Positions 39,198-54,100 of a stretch of 64,000 nt of DNA are shown piece by piece. Numbering within the stretch: the first letter of the stretch is position 1; each line of letters starts with the position of its first letter. A program made the translations under genes and the position numbers. The stretch is taken from the NCBI RefSeq assembly GCF_001949145.1, contig NW_019091359.1, positions 2,120,540-2,184,539 on the forward strand, given 5' to 3'. Source of the stretch: Acanthaster planci. Lineage: Eukaryota. The notes under the pieces were generated by a model. That model worked only from the letters and a program-made list of their open reading frames with translations. It was not told where the DNA came from and made no database searches.

Positions 39198-42100
39198 TTA
39201 TCTGAAGACACTTTTGTTCATGTAATCCCGACCACCACCACGGCCAGTCACATTGTTTTCGTCGTCGCTGTACGGGCCGTCTGCACCAAAGGCCGTTTCC
39301 ATCTGCATGGGCACCAGGTAGCTCTCGCGCCTGGGATCGGGCCTTCCGCGTCGTTCAGCCCGTCCCTTCCTCACGCTGCCCACTTTAGACTCCGGAAGGT
39401 TGTCAAGATTTCCCGCCAACAGGCCTTCCACCTCGCTGACAATTTGAGTGAAGGTGCAGCGTGATTTGGGGTTGTCTAGCCAGCAGCGTTGCATTATCCC
39501 ATAGCTGGTTCAATCAAGGAGAAAGTCTAATATTTATCACCAGGTAAGCCTCTCAGAGCTAATTTTGTTAACACCTCAATTCTTAAACATAGTTTTGACC
39601 ACCTCAGTGAATTTCCCCACTATACACTACACTCTTTATGTCAATAATACATAGGGGGCCTATTTTATTTCCACGTTGACGGAGAATAATGGAATTCAAT
39701 AGTATACACCCGGAGGCACGTGTTCACATTCCCTGCGTAAAAGAATGACGTTGATCTTATTAACCCAATTCCCTTTTTAAAGTTCAGCCCACATTACCGA
39801 GACCAAATTTAACAGCAACACTGGTTACTGATGCAGTCAGTGAAGTTTGATAGAGTTTTGCTTCGTGGAAATGCCAATTCGAATAAATTGACATAATTTA
39901 TTTAAACACCCTTCGCTCAGCACGTTCCGAAAGTTCATGAAAATACTCATAAACATTCTAAGCTTTATGGGATTCAACACTACGCCCTCCTGCATACTGC
40001 AATGACGATTTAACCACTCGTCACCGAGCTTGTAAGCGGGAGGTCTTGGGTTCAAGTCCCACCCGAGCATGGTCTATAAGAGCAAGCTCTACGAAGCACA
40101 GAGTATAGAGTGGATTTTGGTAACAATGACGAAACATGAACTGAGCATTTGGTGTGGTGCAACTTTAAGTAGAGTCTATTGGTTTATGAAGCGTGCACAT
40201 TCTCAGGGAGATTATTGACCCGTTGTCAGACTAAGGTTTGGGATTGAGCTGCTCTCTTTACAGGCTTAACCTGAAGACAAATAATATTATGTTGATTACT
40301 TCCTTACATCGTTGGCGGGCAGTTCACGGGGGCGTACATGCGTTGACCGGTCTTCAAGAAATCATATACGTCCCTGTTGGCTAGTCCGGGATAAGGGCTC
40401 ACGCCCTGGCTGAAAATTTCCCACAAGACCACACCGTACGACCACTGGGAAAATATGACATATGATATTGCTGTGGCTGCATTATAATGACCTAATATTT
40501 AATGCTTTTGAAATAATTCTGAGCGAGGGGTTTTCTTTCACATGCATTAATAGTAATCATGATGTGAATATCATCGAAGAAGGAGTTTATTTTTGTTAAA
40601 CACTTGACAACGTGAGAATTATCTTTCTTTAAGTTTACTGACCAAATCACGCCCTGATTTCTTCTTTGAAGCACATGGATCTTTTCAGAAAATAATTATC
40701 TTTACATGACTATTTTTAAATAATCCAAATATTATCTATATAGGCCTTGACTCTTCGTCCCTTTTCTTTAATCATCTTCCATTAATATTATTTATTTATA
40801 ATTTGTAAAATTTTACAAACCACATCAGTCCTTGCATTGTAAACCTTCCGTTCCATACACTCAGGAGCCATCCACTTGATAGGCAGCTTAGCCAGGGCAT
40901 CGTCACTGGTGTAGTAGTCCAATTCTTTCAAGTCACGTGACAGTCCAAAATCGGCTATCTTTACCAAAAGGTCACCATTCACCCTAAATTGGATTATTAA
41001 AAAACCGCTTATTTTGCAGTCAATGCAATATTCACCATGATAAAATCAGCTGAGCCTCTCTTGTTGCGAACTGTTGGCAATTTCTGTCTGCCTCTTCCTT
41101 GAAATTTTGGTTTCAGGGTAGCATATTACTCACAGTGCGCACTTAAAAGTTTTACAAGAAGAATTTTCTTACATGCAATTCCTGGCCGCAAGATCTCTGT
41201 GGACAAACTTGTGTTAAGCTAAGTAAGCCATACCGAGTGCGACATGCGAAGCAAACCTCAGAAGGAGAGATGTTGGCAGGGGCTGAAAAAAGTCACGTGC
41301 ATGCAAGACAATGAAAAAAAAAACACACACACAAAACATAAGCAGAGGGACCTTCAAACGTATGATGGTTAATTATGAATCTTTGAAATTTTCCAGAAAT
41401 ATTACTTCACGTCCGAAATTGTCATTCCATCTTCGATCTAAATTGGCAGGATTTAATATGACAACACATCTAAAAGACATAATTCGCCAGAACATTCTAG
41501 CTTGTTCAAACTGATATTCATCATAAAAATCATCACAAAATCCTGTCATGATCTCAGGTTCATATGAACTGTGTGAGCTAGGCTTTCTGTGTAGCTTATC
41601 GAACTATCTTTTTTGACAAGGAAGTATAACTTCACCCATCCAGATGAGCCCCTGTGTCAAGATGTAAGCCAGCAAAAGACACATAAGCTTAGATGTCCAT
41701 AATATATTTTAATCACCTGCTTGGACAAGAAATGAAAAAAGAGCATTGTAGTCGAGTACTTTTCGAGAACTAAATTCACTGTCAAATATAAAAGTGGTTA
41801 GGAGGGGGAAAGTACAAGAACATGGGCACTTGACAGTAAATTCATAAAAGTATGATTCTAAAATGAAATTATGACTTCAGACCATTACTGTGTAACAAGA
41901 ATGAAGTTTTACCACTAAAACACTCGAAAAGTACTCCTCCGAGAACTTTTCGGGCACTTCTTTCCTCAAAACTTTTTTCCCTAAACAGGGAGAGTCTGAA
42001 GTCTTAATTTTTTTTGTGATCTTAACATTGTTCATTTACATTCCAATGTCTATGTTCTTCAGCTTTATTTCCTTCTAACTAAAGTACTCGACTACATCAG

Positions 42101-45100
42101 TACCGGTACAATTGTCTCTGTAAAAAACTCCTGCAATTGTCGAATACCTTTTTCTTCCTGATCATAAACGTCTTCAGGTCACCATTTGCCATGAAGGGTA
42201 GAACCAGCATAGGGTTGTCATCCGGGTCAAAGGTCAACCCAAGAAGCCCCATCACATTCACATGGTCGAATCTCTTCATGATCAGACCTTCCTCCAAAAA
42301 TTTCATGACGAGTTTTGAGTCCGAGGTGTCTGGGTACAAAACAAAAAGTCAAATGGAATTCCTCATCATTTGGATGTCGAGTCACATTCCAAGAAACATT
42401 CACTTTGATTGTTATTTGAAGGAACTCATTTTTTTCAGCAGAACCCAAATGATAGGAAAGCAATTATGAAGACTCATTGATACTCATAAAACCCTGGATC
42501 TAATTCTCCAAGCCCACTTTCCCCGTTGATTTGAAATCATCACTTCTTCTCTGTCACTAACCTTGCACTGTTTTGACAGCCACAATGTTATCTTCTTGCT
42601 CCGTGTTGTGTAAGACAGCCCTCAACACCCGTCCAAAGGCACCTGCAAATAATGTCACCATCATCTTTAATGGGTGTACGGCAAAACATTTTGGCAATGG
42701 ATAAATTATCCATTGCTAAAATTATAAATTCAACAACTGAGAAGCCATGTTGCACGAGTAGTTTGAATTTTTGCATGTTGAAGTGGAAAACATGAAGTAG
42801 GAGATGCCCCTTGCATAATATAGCTCATGATTATGCTGTTTATTTGAACAACTCGAGTCCCTACCTTGTCCAAGTGTCTTCCCAAATTCTAGTCTGGTGT
42901 AATCAATGAGGACGTCGCTTGGAACAAAACTGATCCTGCGGTTCAGAACGATGCGCTTTTGTTTGGAGGTTGGCAGTGTGCATGTGCGTCCTTCAGATCC
43001 ATCCAAAATTTGTTTGTTGGCACTAGAAATCGCTGACGAAAGGAAATAACGGCACAACATCAACAAAATTATCCTATAGCCATGAGAGTTAAGAAGAGTT
43101 GTCTGTGGAGTAGAAAACAGGCCTGTCTCCTTATTACAGTTTACATAGGTGTGAATTGGTATGTAGACTTGATGTGTGTGGATGTACTTAGTGTGGACCT
43201 CTGCACAAAAGAAGTCCACTTAGGGCGCGATGGCGTTGTGTGGACTCCCACACGTCCACACAATATTTTCCCCTCTCTGAAAAAACAGTCTTAGAGGCAT
43301 TTAGGGGAGGAACAGTCCAGGAAATCATCATCAAAAATCCAGCTGGAAGGAGTTATCCTAGTTGGAGAAAAAGGAGCATTTTCCTCAAGTTTCCTTAACC
43401 ACAGGAGAACGAAGGAATGTCCACACTTTGTATGTAAAACAGGTAGGTATGAGTGTGCGTGTGTGACAGACGGTACGCCGATTGGTCTTGTTTCTTTGGT
43501 ACAAGCGGCATGATTAGATAATATTGTGCATGGGCATTTTCAAACTCGGATTAAGAGTAAGAGAGGTGAGATCATAATTTTCAATATTGGCAGTTTGGAA
43601 ACACTTTGTAAGGCCAAGCATTTGAGGATACATTTTTTTCTCTCGAAGTAAAGGCCAGTCCATACTTGGCCAGAAAGCGACAATGCAAACGCGGGCGATT
43701 CACAATAGAGTACCGAAGTGAATACGTCACGCGCAGATTTAGTGTGTAAAAGGCATTAGCGCGAGAACCAGCGCGTGAACCAACACGCACACGTACTCCA
43801 TTCGTTTGCACTGCACTTTCTGGTTCACAGTGACGTCACACTTCAGTACTCTATAGTGCGCCTCCAAGAGTTTGCAACGGGTTGACCAATCACAATGCGT
43901 GATATCAGTCGACCCTTTCTAAACGCGCATTCGGTGGACAGATTTCGTGCACAGTGATTGGTCAATGCATTGCGAATTCTTGGAGGCGCACTATTGTGAA
44001 ACGCCCGTATTCTCGACGTCAAATCAAATATTCGCGCAGCAAATTAAAGGGCAAGTCCTAGCGACGACTATAGTTAACCATAGTTCGACTAACACCGCCC
44101 GAACGACGAATGGTTTGGACCATGGGCATGGTCGCACCGCTGGCTATCAATAGCCTATTTCATTTATCATTGCAGAGGGAACCTATACGAGATTTCAATG
44201 ACCATGCCTGCTGTGAGAATCGCAGACAACAGTGAAATGTGAGCATTAAACGATGAGATTTTAAAACTTTGACCAACTACGGTCCTTCGAGTGTAACAGA
44301 ATTGCGCTTGTGCATTGTTAAAAAGCAACTGACTACCGGTCGAACTATAGTTCGCGTCAGAACGTACCCTTAGCATAAGTCAAACACATTTAAACTCGAG
44401 TGAAATTTCGCTGCCGGCTTCACAATCGCCTGCAGTATGAACCGGCCTTTAAACGGATGAGATTTCTCAGCGAACTTGTGTGCTTACCGTGATGAAATTC
44501 CAATAGTCTCTCCATGAGTTGCTGTTCGAAATTCCGCTTTCGGCGCATTTGCCTACAATACATGAGACAAGCGGCCAGCAATATTGCCATAGAAAGCGGG
44601 ATAATAACACTGGGTACGAGGATGGCGATGAGATCTGCTCGGTGACCATAAATCACTTTCCCCAAATTGAAAATCAAATTACCATGATGAACCTGCGGAA
44701 GGAGATATAAAAGTCTGATCAAATTTCTGAAGGGTAATCTATTAATCTTTTTTTGATGCTGTCAACTTTCTACAGAAATCGTCCCTTTGGAATGTTCTTC
44801 TTTATTAAGTCAAATAATAGTTATTTGAAACCCTTGTTTAATAAATTCGATTGTACATGTGGAATGATTGTTTGAGACGTGCAGCAGTTACAGGGAAAAC
44901 AGCTTTGAGAAACAAGAATCCCTGGTAATTACTTAAAACCTGTTGATCCCCCTTCTAGTCAAATTTTAGGTTGTCTTAGGACGGTAGAAATATTTCATTA
45001 GTAAAGAAATCCAGAGCGAGTCGAGGAATTTTCTTTTGTAAATACTCCAATGAGGTGCCAAAACCAATTGCAATATTTTTGTTCAAAAGGTTTACAAGAA

Positions 45101-48100
45101 CAAGCCTGCATACAGCATAATCTGATCTTCTGTGAAATAAATAATTCAATAAGATAAAATGTAAACAGGACACACACAAAAAGATGTGCAATGCTGTAAC
45201 TGAAAATGAACTTGACTGCTAAATATTGGCACAGATATTGATCGCAGAACTCACCACAGCAGCGGGATAATAGCTTCCATCGAGACTGGTGGGTTGAATT
45301 TTGGGCAGCTTACAAACGAGAATGTTGTCACCAATCACGCTGACTTCACATCTTTCACTTCCTACCGTGACGACGATTTCTTTGGCTGTGACTGCAGAGT
45401 CTATGCCTTTTCCCTTTGTGAACAAAGAGCAGCAAATCATCTTGTGGATCCAGCATTTACGAAAGAAACATGGAGATGAACCCAAATATACTAACGGGGC
45501 ATAATATTTTAATGAGAAGGTCATTAAATTGCCAGTTGAGGGTAATGTAAGAAATTGGACAAAAGAAAATGGTAGTCTTCCTGAAAAAAAATGTGGGGGA
45601 GGGGCGTCGGTTGAACTCCTCTCTTGAGCTATTGTTGGTAGCTTAAAATCCGCACAAGATCGCTCTTCACAATTGGATGACTAGAAATTATCTTCTTCCC
45701 TTTCCGAAAACCGCTGTCGATTACCATTTGGGCTTTTCAATAATAATTGGCTGATTCATTGAGCAATCAGACACGTAAACAGTGGCTCATCGGGCTTTCC
45801 TGTTTGGTCCCTGAACAAATTTTAACAAACCTCCAAGGAACCGCATTTTTGCCATATTACTGGCTTTATTGCGAAGGCAGACTAAAGTTGTTAAATGGCA
45901 AAATCCTGGGTGTTTCGACAGTGGCTGCTAGTGACCATTGTTGGGATTTGGTGTAAAATGGTAACGCCTTAACCATAGAACAATCACTTGCTAAGTTCTG
46001 ATTTGCACTGCAAAAAATGCATGCGATAAAAGATGAACAGATTCAAACGGAATGATGAAACTGGATTTATTACATGGATTTTCATGAGATATCCAATGGC
46101 CATGACATCGTATCCTTCCCCATCAAATGGGAAGTATACAGGATCTGGGAAATATTCTAGAGTGACGTCATTCCGCTCGGACCACGTGAGCAGCTCGGTT
46201 ACACTGTCCATGATGAATCCGAAAGTTCCCGCGTTACATCTGTACGGCCGGATGTCTGGAGAAGGACATGTCAAACTCGTGTCCGAATTCCGTCGACATT
46301 GCTGGAAATTCATGAAAAAATACATGTAGTATTAATCAGATTTGACATTTGACATTCAACCAAAATTTGCATCTTGTGGCATTTTCAATAAAAGTACGAC
46401 CATGGCTATAATTATTTCAATTTTATTTCTAAACGTTCACTTCACTAATTCAAATTCTGTAATTGAATTTGTAATGAAGAACCCGTTGTACGTTGCTTCC
46501 TGACACAAATCTTCAAAGGTAAAAAACTTATATAATTGCAAATTCCACTATCGAAATGCCAGAGTGTCTAACAATTTGGATTACATCTGTGTTAATACCT
46601 CTTCAAACTGTAACAGACTGTTATTGGCAGGACAGTAGACCACTATCTTTAGTGTTTGTATGATGTTAAAGTCTTTCCCAGTCACTGAAAGATTTCTTCC
46701 TCCTCTGTTCAGGAAAATGTAAGAACAATGTTAAGATCAACAATTTAAAAAATTTCAATTCTTCGTTCCTAATCGTCACCGGCTCACACATTAATAGATC
46801 ACTTCATATTAGCAAGTATGATGCATGAATTATGTTATATCCCTGAATCTTATTTCTTTTAAAAGACACTTGGTGAAGTTTTGATCTGACAAGTATGTGT
46901 AGTGAACTTTCATGGCCAAAAAGCATTTACGCTTGAATGCTGGCTAGCGGTGAGACTTTTGTGATCTGGGGATTGGAGACGAAGGAAAACCGTGACGTTG
47001 AGGTTCTGTGGGCACCGTCAAAGCTCAGTCTCAGAACGTCGGCGTTTCCTGCCGTTGAGGGCGATGTTCTACACTGAAGGGAGTCGTCTTGGACGCTTGA
47101 AGTAAATACAAATGACAGTGTCGTGAACGAATCACCACATGCTTTAATATACCTTATTGTTTCTGCCCCACACTTCATGGACTTCATGAGCTATGTTATG
47201 TGCAGGTGGGTTAAATTAGCATGAGCCAAATTTTCTTGCAATTTTCGAAGATCGAGTGATTAGCCTCTCTTGTAATTCGACTGTATCGAAGTTCCATTCA
47301 CTTCATTTAATACATCGCATTTTTCTTCAAATGAAGCTTTCTCATTTGGGATGATGTTTGCAAAGAAACGGATCCGCAAAGGATAGCGCTACATTAAGAC
47401 TGATTTTAGACAGGATGATTCCTATAGTCGTGGCTCATGCTAAACTGAATAGCACTCTGCAGTATGTGGGACGATCGGCCGATAGGTTCTCCTGTGCTTG
47501 AAATTTACCTGACAATTACACACTGACTATTTCCAAAATATGCCTCGATCGTGTTTCCAGTTTGTAGATTAAACCCGCTTATTGTCACTACCGTTCCTCC
47601 TGCTTCTGGTCCAACGATTGGAACAAAGTTGGAAATTTGAGGGTCCTTGAAGAAAAACACAGAAAGGCGTTGATTAAATAACAAAAATAGCTCTAGATAT
47701 CTATCCCTAATCTTTATCTCGATTATCTCAAAAAAGGAAAAGAAAAAAGTAACCTTTGCCGTGTATTTTACCACAGCAATATGCGATCACTGGTAAACCA
47801 GAATAACAACATAATTGAATCTCAGCAACTGAATGGTTCCCACAGTTTTCTTCCCTTGGATAACCTTCTCGGAGTCAAAAATGAAAAAAGAGAATGAAAA
47901 AGATTGAAGCACACGATTGGATAACCAACGAGCGCCAAACCAAAGCAGACGGACGATGTACGGAGATCTGAAGATGTTTCGGTACCACAGAGTTGAGACA
48001 GCCAACGTTTACCGTATAAGCGAAGGTCACAGTACCCATGGACGATTGCAATGTTCCATTGGCTCCCGTGATGGATAATGTGACGAGGGCAGGACCTTCT

Positions 48101-51100
48101 GATCCAGGCGGTGTTAGACAGGAAATGCTGAAGGATAAAAAAAAGTTCATCGGGAAAACCTGATTTTGATAATCCAAGCAAAGAATTAAAACCAAAAATC
48201 TGACAAATAAATGAAAGGGAGTTGGAGCCTGTGGTTTCTCTTTTGAAGTTATCTTTGTGAAACATTAAAACTTTTCCCCAATGTAAACCAGGCACTCTTG
48301 TCTCCACTGTCCTCATGATTTTCCTAGGCAAAGCTCAAGCTTTTCATGAAAATTCTAAAATTTACATGTGCATGCTAGAGTAAACACTACCTTCCTCCTG
48401 TTGAGTAAAGGCTTGCGAATCCTGCAACATCACATGGTTGATTCCCAACCATCACGGTATCAATATCTTCGAACCTTCGGCCTAAGTCTGTACCGAACAC
48501 AGCGATGACTGTGTTACCTTCAATCGGTCCAGATCGTGGGTTGACCTTTTAGGCAACGGTAGAGTAAATAAAAACACAGATTTAAGAACCCATCGTTTGA
48601 AGTGTGTTCTTGTTTGAAATACCTGTTTGCCATAATCGCCCCAGTGATGTATCCAAAAATGTAATGTCTCCTTCATGCCATCTTGAGGTTTATCACTGAA
48701 CAGGTCTCGGTAGGTGAAATGTCTCTTGAAAGATAACACCACAAGTCTAGACCTCCCACATTTTCTGGTATAGACGCATTACCCTAGTTTGTGCTTGAAA
48801 CCTTCTGATGACCGGCATTCTGTGGTGGCGCTATTGTTTTCTTCCATAAGCAAAATCCTCATCACGGGGAACTTGTGCGGACTCGACTCTTCTTGCAATT
48901 TCTGAACAAATTCCATACTTAATTGAGTATTATTCCTACTTAATTGACACTTAATTCACTTGTTCGACTTATTTCCAGTGGAGTCACTTTAACGCGAAAG
49001 TTGTGGAGAGAATACAATACGATTAACAGAGATTCGGTTTTGATAACCAGACACTCCTGGTGGCAAAACTTCACAGGATCAGGGACCATAGGATCAGGGA
49101 CTGGAAAACCAATCCGCCAGTGGTGTAGGCACTGGTGTAACTTTACTTTCCGTTTTACTTACTCCAGTAAGCACAGGGTCTGGGCAGTTGTGGCCATTAT
49201 GTGGTAAAGTAATTTCTGCAGATAAATCACATTGGGCATCGAAGGTACAGGTGCTTCCACACCACAAACAGTAAAGTTCTGAATTTGCTGTGACGCAGCG
49301 ACTACAGTCAGGACCAATGATGGAACAGTCGTAGAGTGTCACTAATTAATAGAAGAAAAATGCGCAATGCAAATCACCGGGGCAGAAGACAACTAAACGG
49401 GAAAGGGGCGAACATGGAATGGAAAATGCAGTTTTCTCAAAAAGGTTGGTGTTTAAGTGAATGAAGATATTAACAATGACATCGAAGTCAAGTTAATTAA
49501 GAAACTAACAGTTCATTTCATTTACTGCATGATCTGCTGAGCACTTGGACGGAAAGTTTGGACTTCACATCAGTCCAGCTTACTACCATGGAGAGTTAAG
49601 AAGCTGAATTATAAATATATCAAAGAAAAAATTCAACGATTCACATTTTAATCATTACGAGAGTTGTAACAGGCCTACCTATGTAACCATGAACATCATT
49701 CACAACGTGACGTTGATTCGACAAATCCACCCATTCTAAAACCAAGAAGGTGTCCACTTCGCGTTCTTCACCTGTGTATGAATACTTTGGTCGAAGAAAA
49801 GAAAACATTTGATTTAATGCAGAAGATTATTACGGGAGGTGAATTGCAATCCAGCATTAAGAAACTTCAAGGTACAGGAAGTTAGCTTTCACAAGGATAG
49901 GGAAGGGATAGGCCTATATGTGGGGCGTAGGCAGACTGAAGGCAGGATTCTAACCTTGGCATATTAATTTTACATAACCTCTTTTCCTTCATTTGAAGAA
50001 TCGTTCTTATAAGGGGCAAGCATCACATCCATGATTTAAAGGTCTGTCATATGCTATATTTTTGACGTACATAACCCATATTTCGTAATTCCGGTAAAAT
50101 TGATTTAAAAACAAGATTGGCTTGCACGGCTTACTGTTCTTTCTTCACAAGTTACGGTGTCGTTTAGCCGCCTTGCGTTAGCCACCATGTCCCCGCCCTC
50201 CACACGAAGACGGCATGCGTATGAAAAAATCTTGAGTGAGAGGATCAATAGCATGTCAGTCAACAATATGTCATGATTTGTAATGAATTTGCCAGGACTC
50301 GGACTTGTCAGCAGGATTATAGTGCCTGAATCTACGATGCACTTGCCGGGACATGGCATCCCGATAATTTTAACGAGTTCTAAGAATACGGCCGTTTCAC
50401 AATAGTGCGCCACCAAGAGTTTGCAACGCGTTGGCCAATCAAAATGCGCGAAATTTGTCAACCCAGTGCGCGTTTGGAAAGGGTCGACAAATTGTGCGCG
50501 TTATGATTGGCCAACGCATTGCAAACTCTTGGTAGCGCACTATTGTGAATCGCCCGTATTGACTAACACACTCCTGAGCGGTATTAGCAGGAACCAAAGA
50601 TCACCTTTTTGTAGTAACGAAACTTTTATATTACTTTCAAACTACCTGTGCTGGGTTCGGCAGATTTGCAGTTTGGAAGGTGATTGAACTTTTCACTCCT
50701 ACTGGAATCAATACTTCCCCCTCCTGCGCCTGAAGCTGTGGACAAAAGCCTGGTCCTTTGGTAGATGACATACGAGGATTCTTTCGGCAAAATAAGGGGC
50801 AAAATGAAGGGATAAACATAAAGACATCCTGTTAGCAATTAGCCAAATTTGAAAGGAATGGTTTATATGTCCTATTTATTCCACCGCCGAATTTGGTCAA
50901 TTTTGAAGTGTTGTCAAAAGTTCTGTTTTGTACGGTTGTCAAGAATTTATTTCGCCAGAATCACCACATCGGTAACACTGAGCAGTGCCAAGAACGTATC
51001 TATATTTACAATTCCAGAGTTATAGTGATCACACGCCCTGTTTGTGAAATTGGAGGACAACTTTTCCAATCACGGGCAATTTTGTGTAACTCTTCCATCG

Positions 51101-54100
51101 TTCCTCAACAAGAATAAAATAAGAGATACTTTGAAATTAGTTATCGGTAGTTTAAAGGGAAATTTTCCATTCCACTAGCATTGAGATAAATGCATTGCGA
51201 ACTTACATTGTCGCCAGTTATAACAACTTCATCTGCTCGCATGCAGGAAGAGTTATCATGCGTGCATCTCTTTTCAAAAACACACCAATCACATGTCCAG
51301 TTGCTTCCTACACAAGACACGCAGCTATCGAAAGGAAAAAAAGAACACACAAGGACAATACAGCAGTAATGTTCAAACGCAGGAGAAGTGTAGTGTTGAT
51401 CTTGAAAGACAACGGACAGAAGTTATGTCAATGCGTTCGTTCCTCTAAAAAATTTCAAACGTTTGAGAATTTCTGTCAGATTTTGCAGGTTTCGTTTCAT
51501 TGCTCTTTCAAAGACAGTTGAGAACACGTAACGAAACGTAAACTCGTAGAATGCATTTTCGCAGACCGTTTTGAAACAGAAAAGAGAGCACCTTACGCAG
51601 TTAAATTGGGATCTCTTAAAAAGTGCTACGGGAATTAGCATCTTACGAAGTATGGCTGGAGCATTCATAGAAATGAAATGGCACATCCACAAAGTTGATG
51701 GCTGTTTCTGTAGAATAGATCGACAGCTGAACAGTTGTGGCATCTAAATTGAAATAACAAAATAGTTAGAGATATATCTAAATCAAGATAAAAAAGGAAA
51801 AAACGAAAAGAAAGAGTCAAATCAGAAACATTTCTATTTTTTCTATGATCGTAGATACACGAAAAGAGAATCTGAAATCGGTTTCAAAATAATCAGTTTT
51901 CCAGAAACGAGTTTCACAACGTACATTGACAAAAGGTAAATCAATCTCCCACTTCGGTTTTTAATTAAAGAGTTCAGAGCGACAAAAGGATACAATTTTG
52001 TTGTTTTGAGTCATTGCCAAAGGTGAGAAGTCATCCAACGCATTTTGTTTTAATGAAAACAACGCTATCCAACATTATTCCTCAATACAAGGAAAAGGAA
52101 ACCAATAATGTACCTTCGTCCTGTTTGACAGAGGGTATCTCATCAACTGGGGGCGTTGTACATGCCAAGACGTTCCCGGTCTTCACTGCCATGCTTACGT
52201 AAGAACCAAAATGACACTCGTAGGATTGTCCTGGACAGAGGTCCGGTAGCTGTTGAACTATCAAGCTGATCTGGAGACAAAATAAAAGTGCTCACTGCTG
52301 TCTAAATAACTGATTTGAAATGATTAGTCGAAGCATTGGCGTTGGCCGACACCGCATTCGGTCTCGATTACAGAAAGGCCAACCCTACAAGAGATGATTT
52401 GTGTGAATCTTGCCTTATGTGAAGAAGAAAAACTACGTCAGCAGCCTGAACATAATATTAATATTTTCCGTACCATTTTCTATTGAATCTATCATCTGAC
52501 TTACCTTCTTTTCTGTCATACTTAAGGGGAGGCTGTTTTCCACGTCGATTATCTCCAAACACTGCTCAGCGTCGTATGCGAGCCATCTCGTTGACAGGTC
52601 CGGTAGGTGACATGCGCTGTATCGTGTGCATCTTTGCAGCAAGAATACAAATATTTAACTCAAATATTTCTAGTTTTAGTTAATAAAGGAGCTTCAATTA
52701 GTTTATAATGACTCACTTCTTAGACTTACTCAGACTTACTTTCTTTCCAACGAGCACCAGCCACAGTAAGGGTCGCCATCTTGTCCTGCTGCAGTCCCAA
52801 TGCAATCGTCACAAGTTGTATACTGGCTACAGTTCTCCACTCTGAGTTTTAGCAACTGCGATGTAAACAAATGCAATAAGTTTTTTTTTGTCTAGTGAGG
52901 ATAAAGATGTTTACAATGTAAGGCTGGCAGCAATGTAAACACAAGTCCAAATCTCCGAACAAAAGCACATTATAATATTGGGACAATGCCTTGGTTTACG
53001 TTTATTGGAAAGTACTAAAGGGTTAAACATATTTTAAAACCAACGAAAATATAGAAGAAGGTACAGATTAAAACATTATATACCTCAAGTCAGAAAGAAT
53101 GCATGTGTACTGATCGATATTTTTCATTTCTCCCTCCTAAATGCAATCTACTGTGTTGTAAATTTGAAAGATTAAAATTGCACAAGTGTAATTTGACAAA
53201 ATAGTTTGTTTTTAAAAAAAATCTTTGCTCTTTTTCACCAGAATACAGAGTAAGACAACTATTTTAATATAACGTCGCCTATTTACTTTTTGTTCCGTGA
53301 GAAGATAGAGCTGATCTGTCTGATTGTCAAGTTTTATGTCTCGAAGAACAGGACTGGAATCCACGGCAACCCGTTCATAAACGCGACCCGTGACGTTGTT
53401 GTCCAAATGAACCTATGGAGAAATTCAAACCCAGTCAAAGATGTCAGTATTTTTGCCAGTGTTTACTACACGCATCTCTTAAACACAAACTGCTATAAAA
53501 TACACCAACTTATATGCCTCTAGTTAGTAATACCTTGGTTTGTGCCAAGAAATATGCCCTTATCGATTTCATATATGCTAAGAAATATGTAAAATCGTAG
53601 AGTCTACGGTAAGCAATTCAGCCAAGACCACTGTTATACCTTGAGAAGATCACCACTCGATGTTCCGATAAAGGCAACCGTGTGGTTAAGTTCAATAGCA
53701 GTAACTATGGACGACATCCGATATCCTGGAAGTTGAAGCAGAGCAGTTGATGCGACAGGGGTAATACCCTTGGCGTATCGATACAACTGTGTTATTCCAT
53801 CAGCCACGGTGTTGCAAAGATAGTTATCTGGTTGGATTCCCTATAACGATACCATGACTTTGAAGTCATCAACTTCAGAAACAAGTACAAAAAGTGAGAT
53901 CTTAATTAGTAATACAAGGAAAATGCTTGTCAACCCCACAAGTTCTGAAGACGAACACTTTTATTGAATTCGGAGTAGAAACAAACGGTTAAAAGGTTTA
54001 AAACCTGCCCACGGTTAATCGGCAACCAGGTCCCTCACTGCATGATTATGACAAGAAGATAATATGCGCTACACCACACTTTTATCCACTTAAATAATGA

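Noticed and set aside
52711..52740. Three tandem donor-like motifs (GTAAGT, GTAAGT, GTGAGT) after the PSI1 exon
   Set aside because: Use of the downstream donors would include an in-frame TAA or shift the frame; probably a small local duplication.
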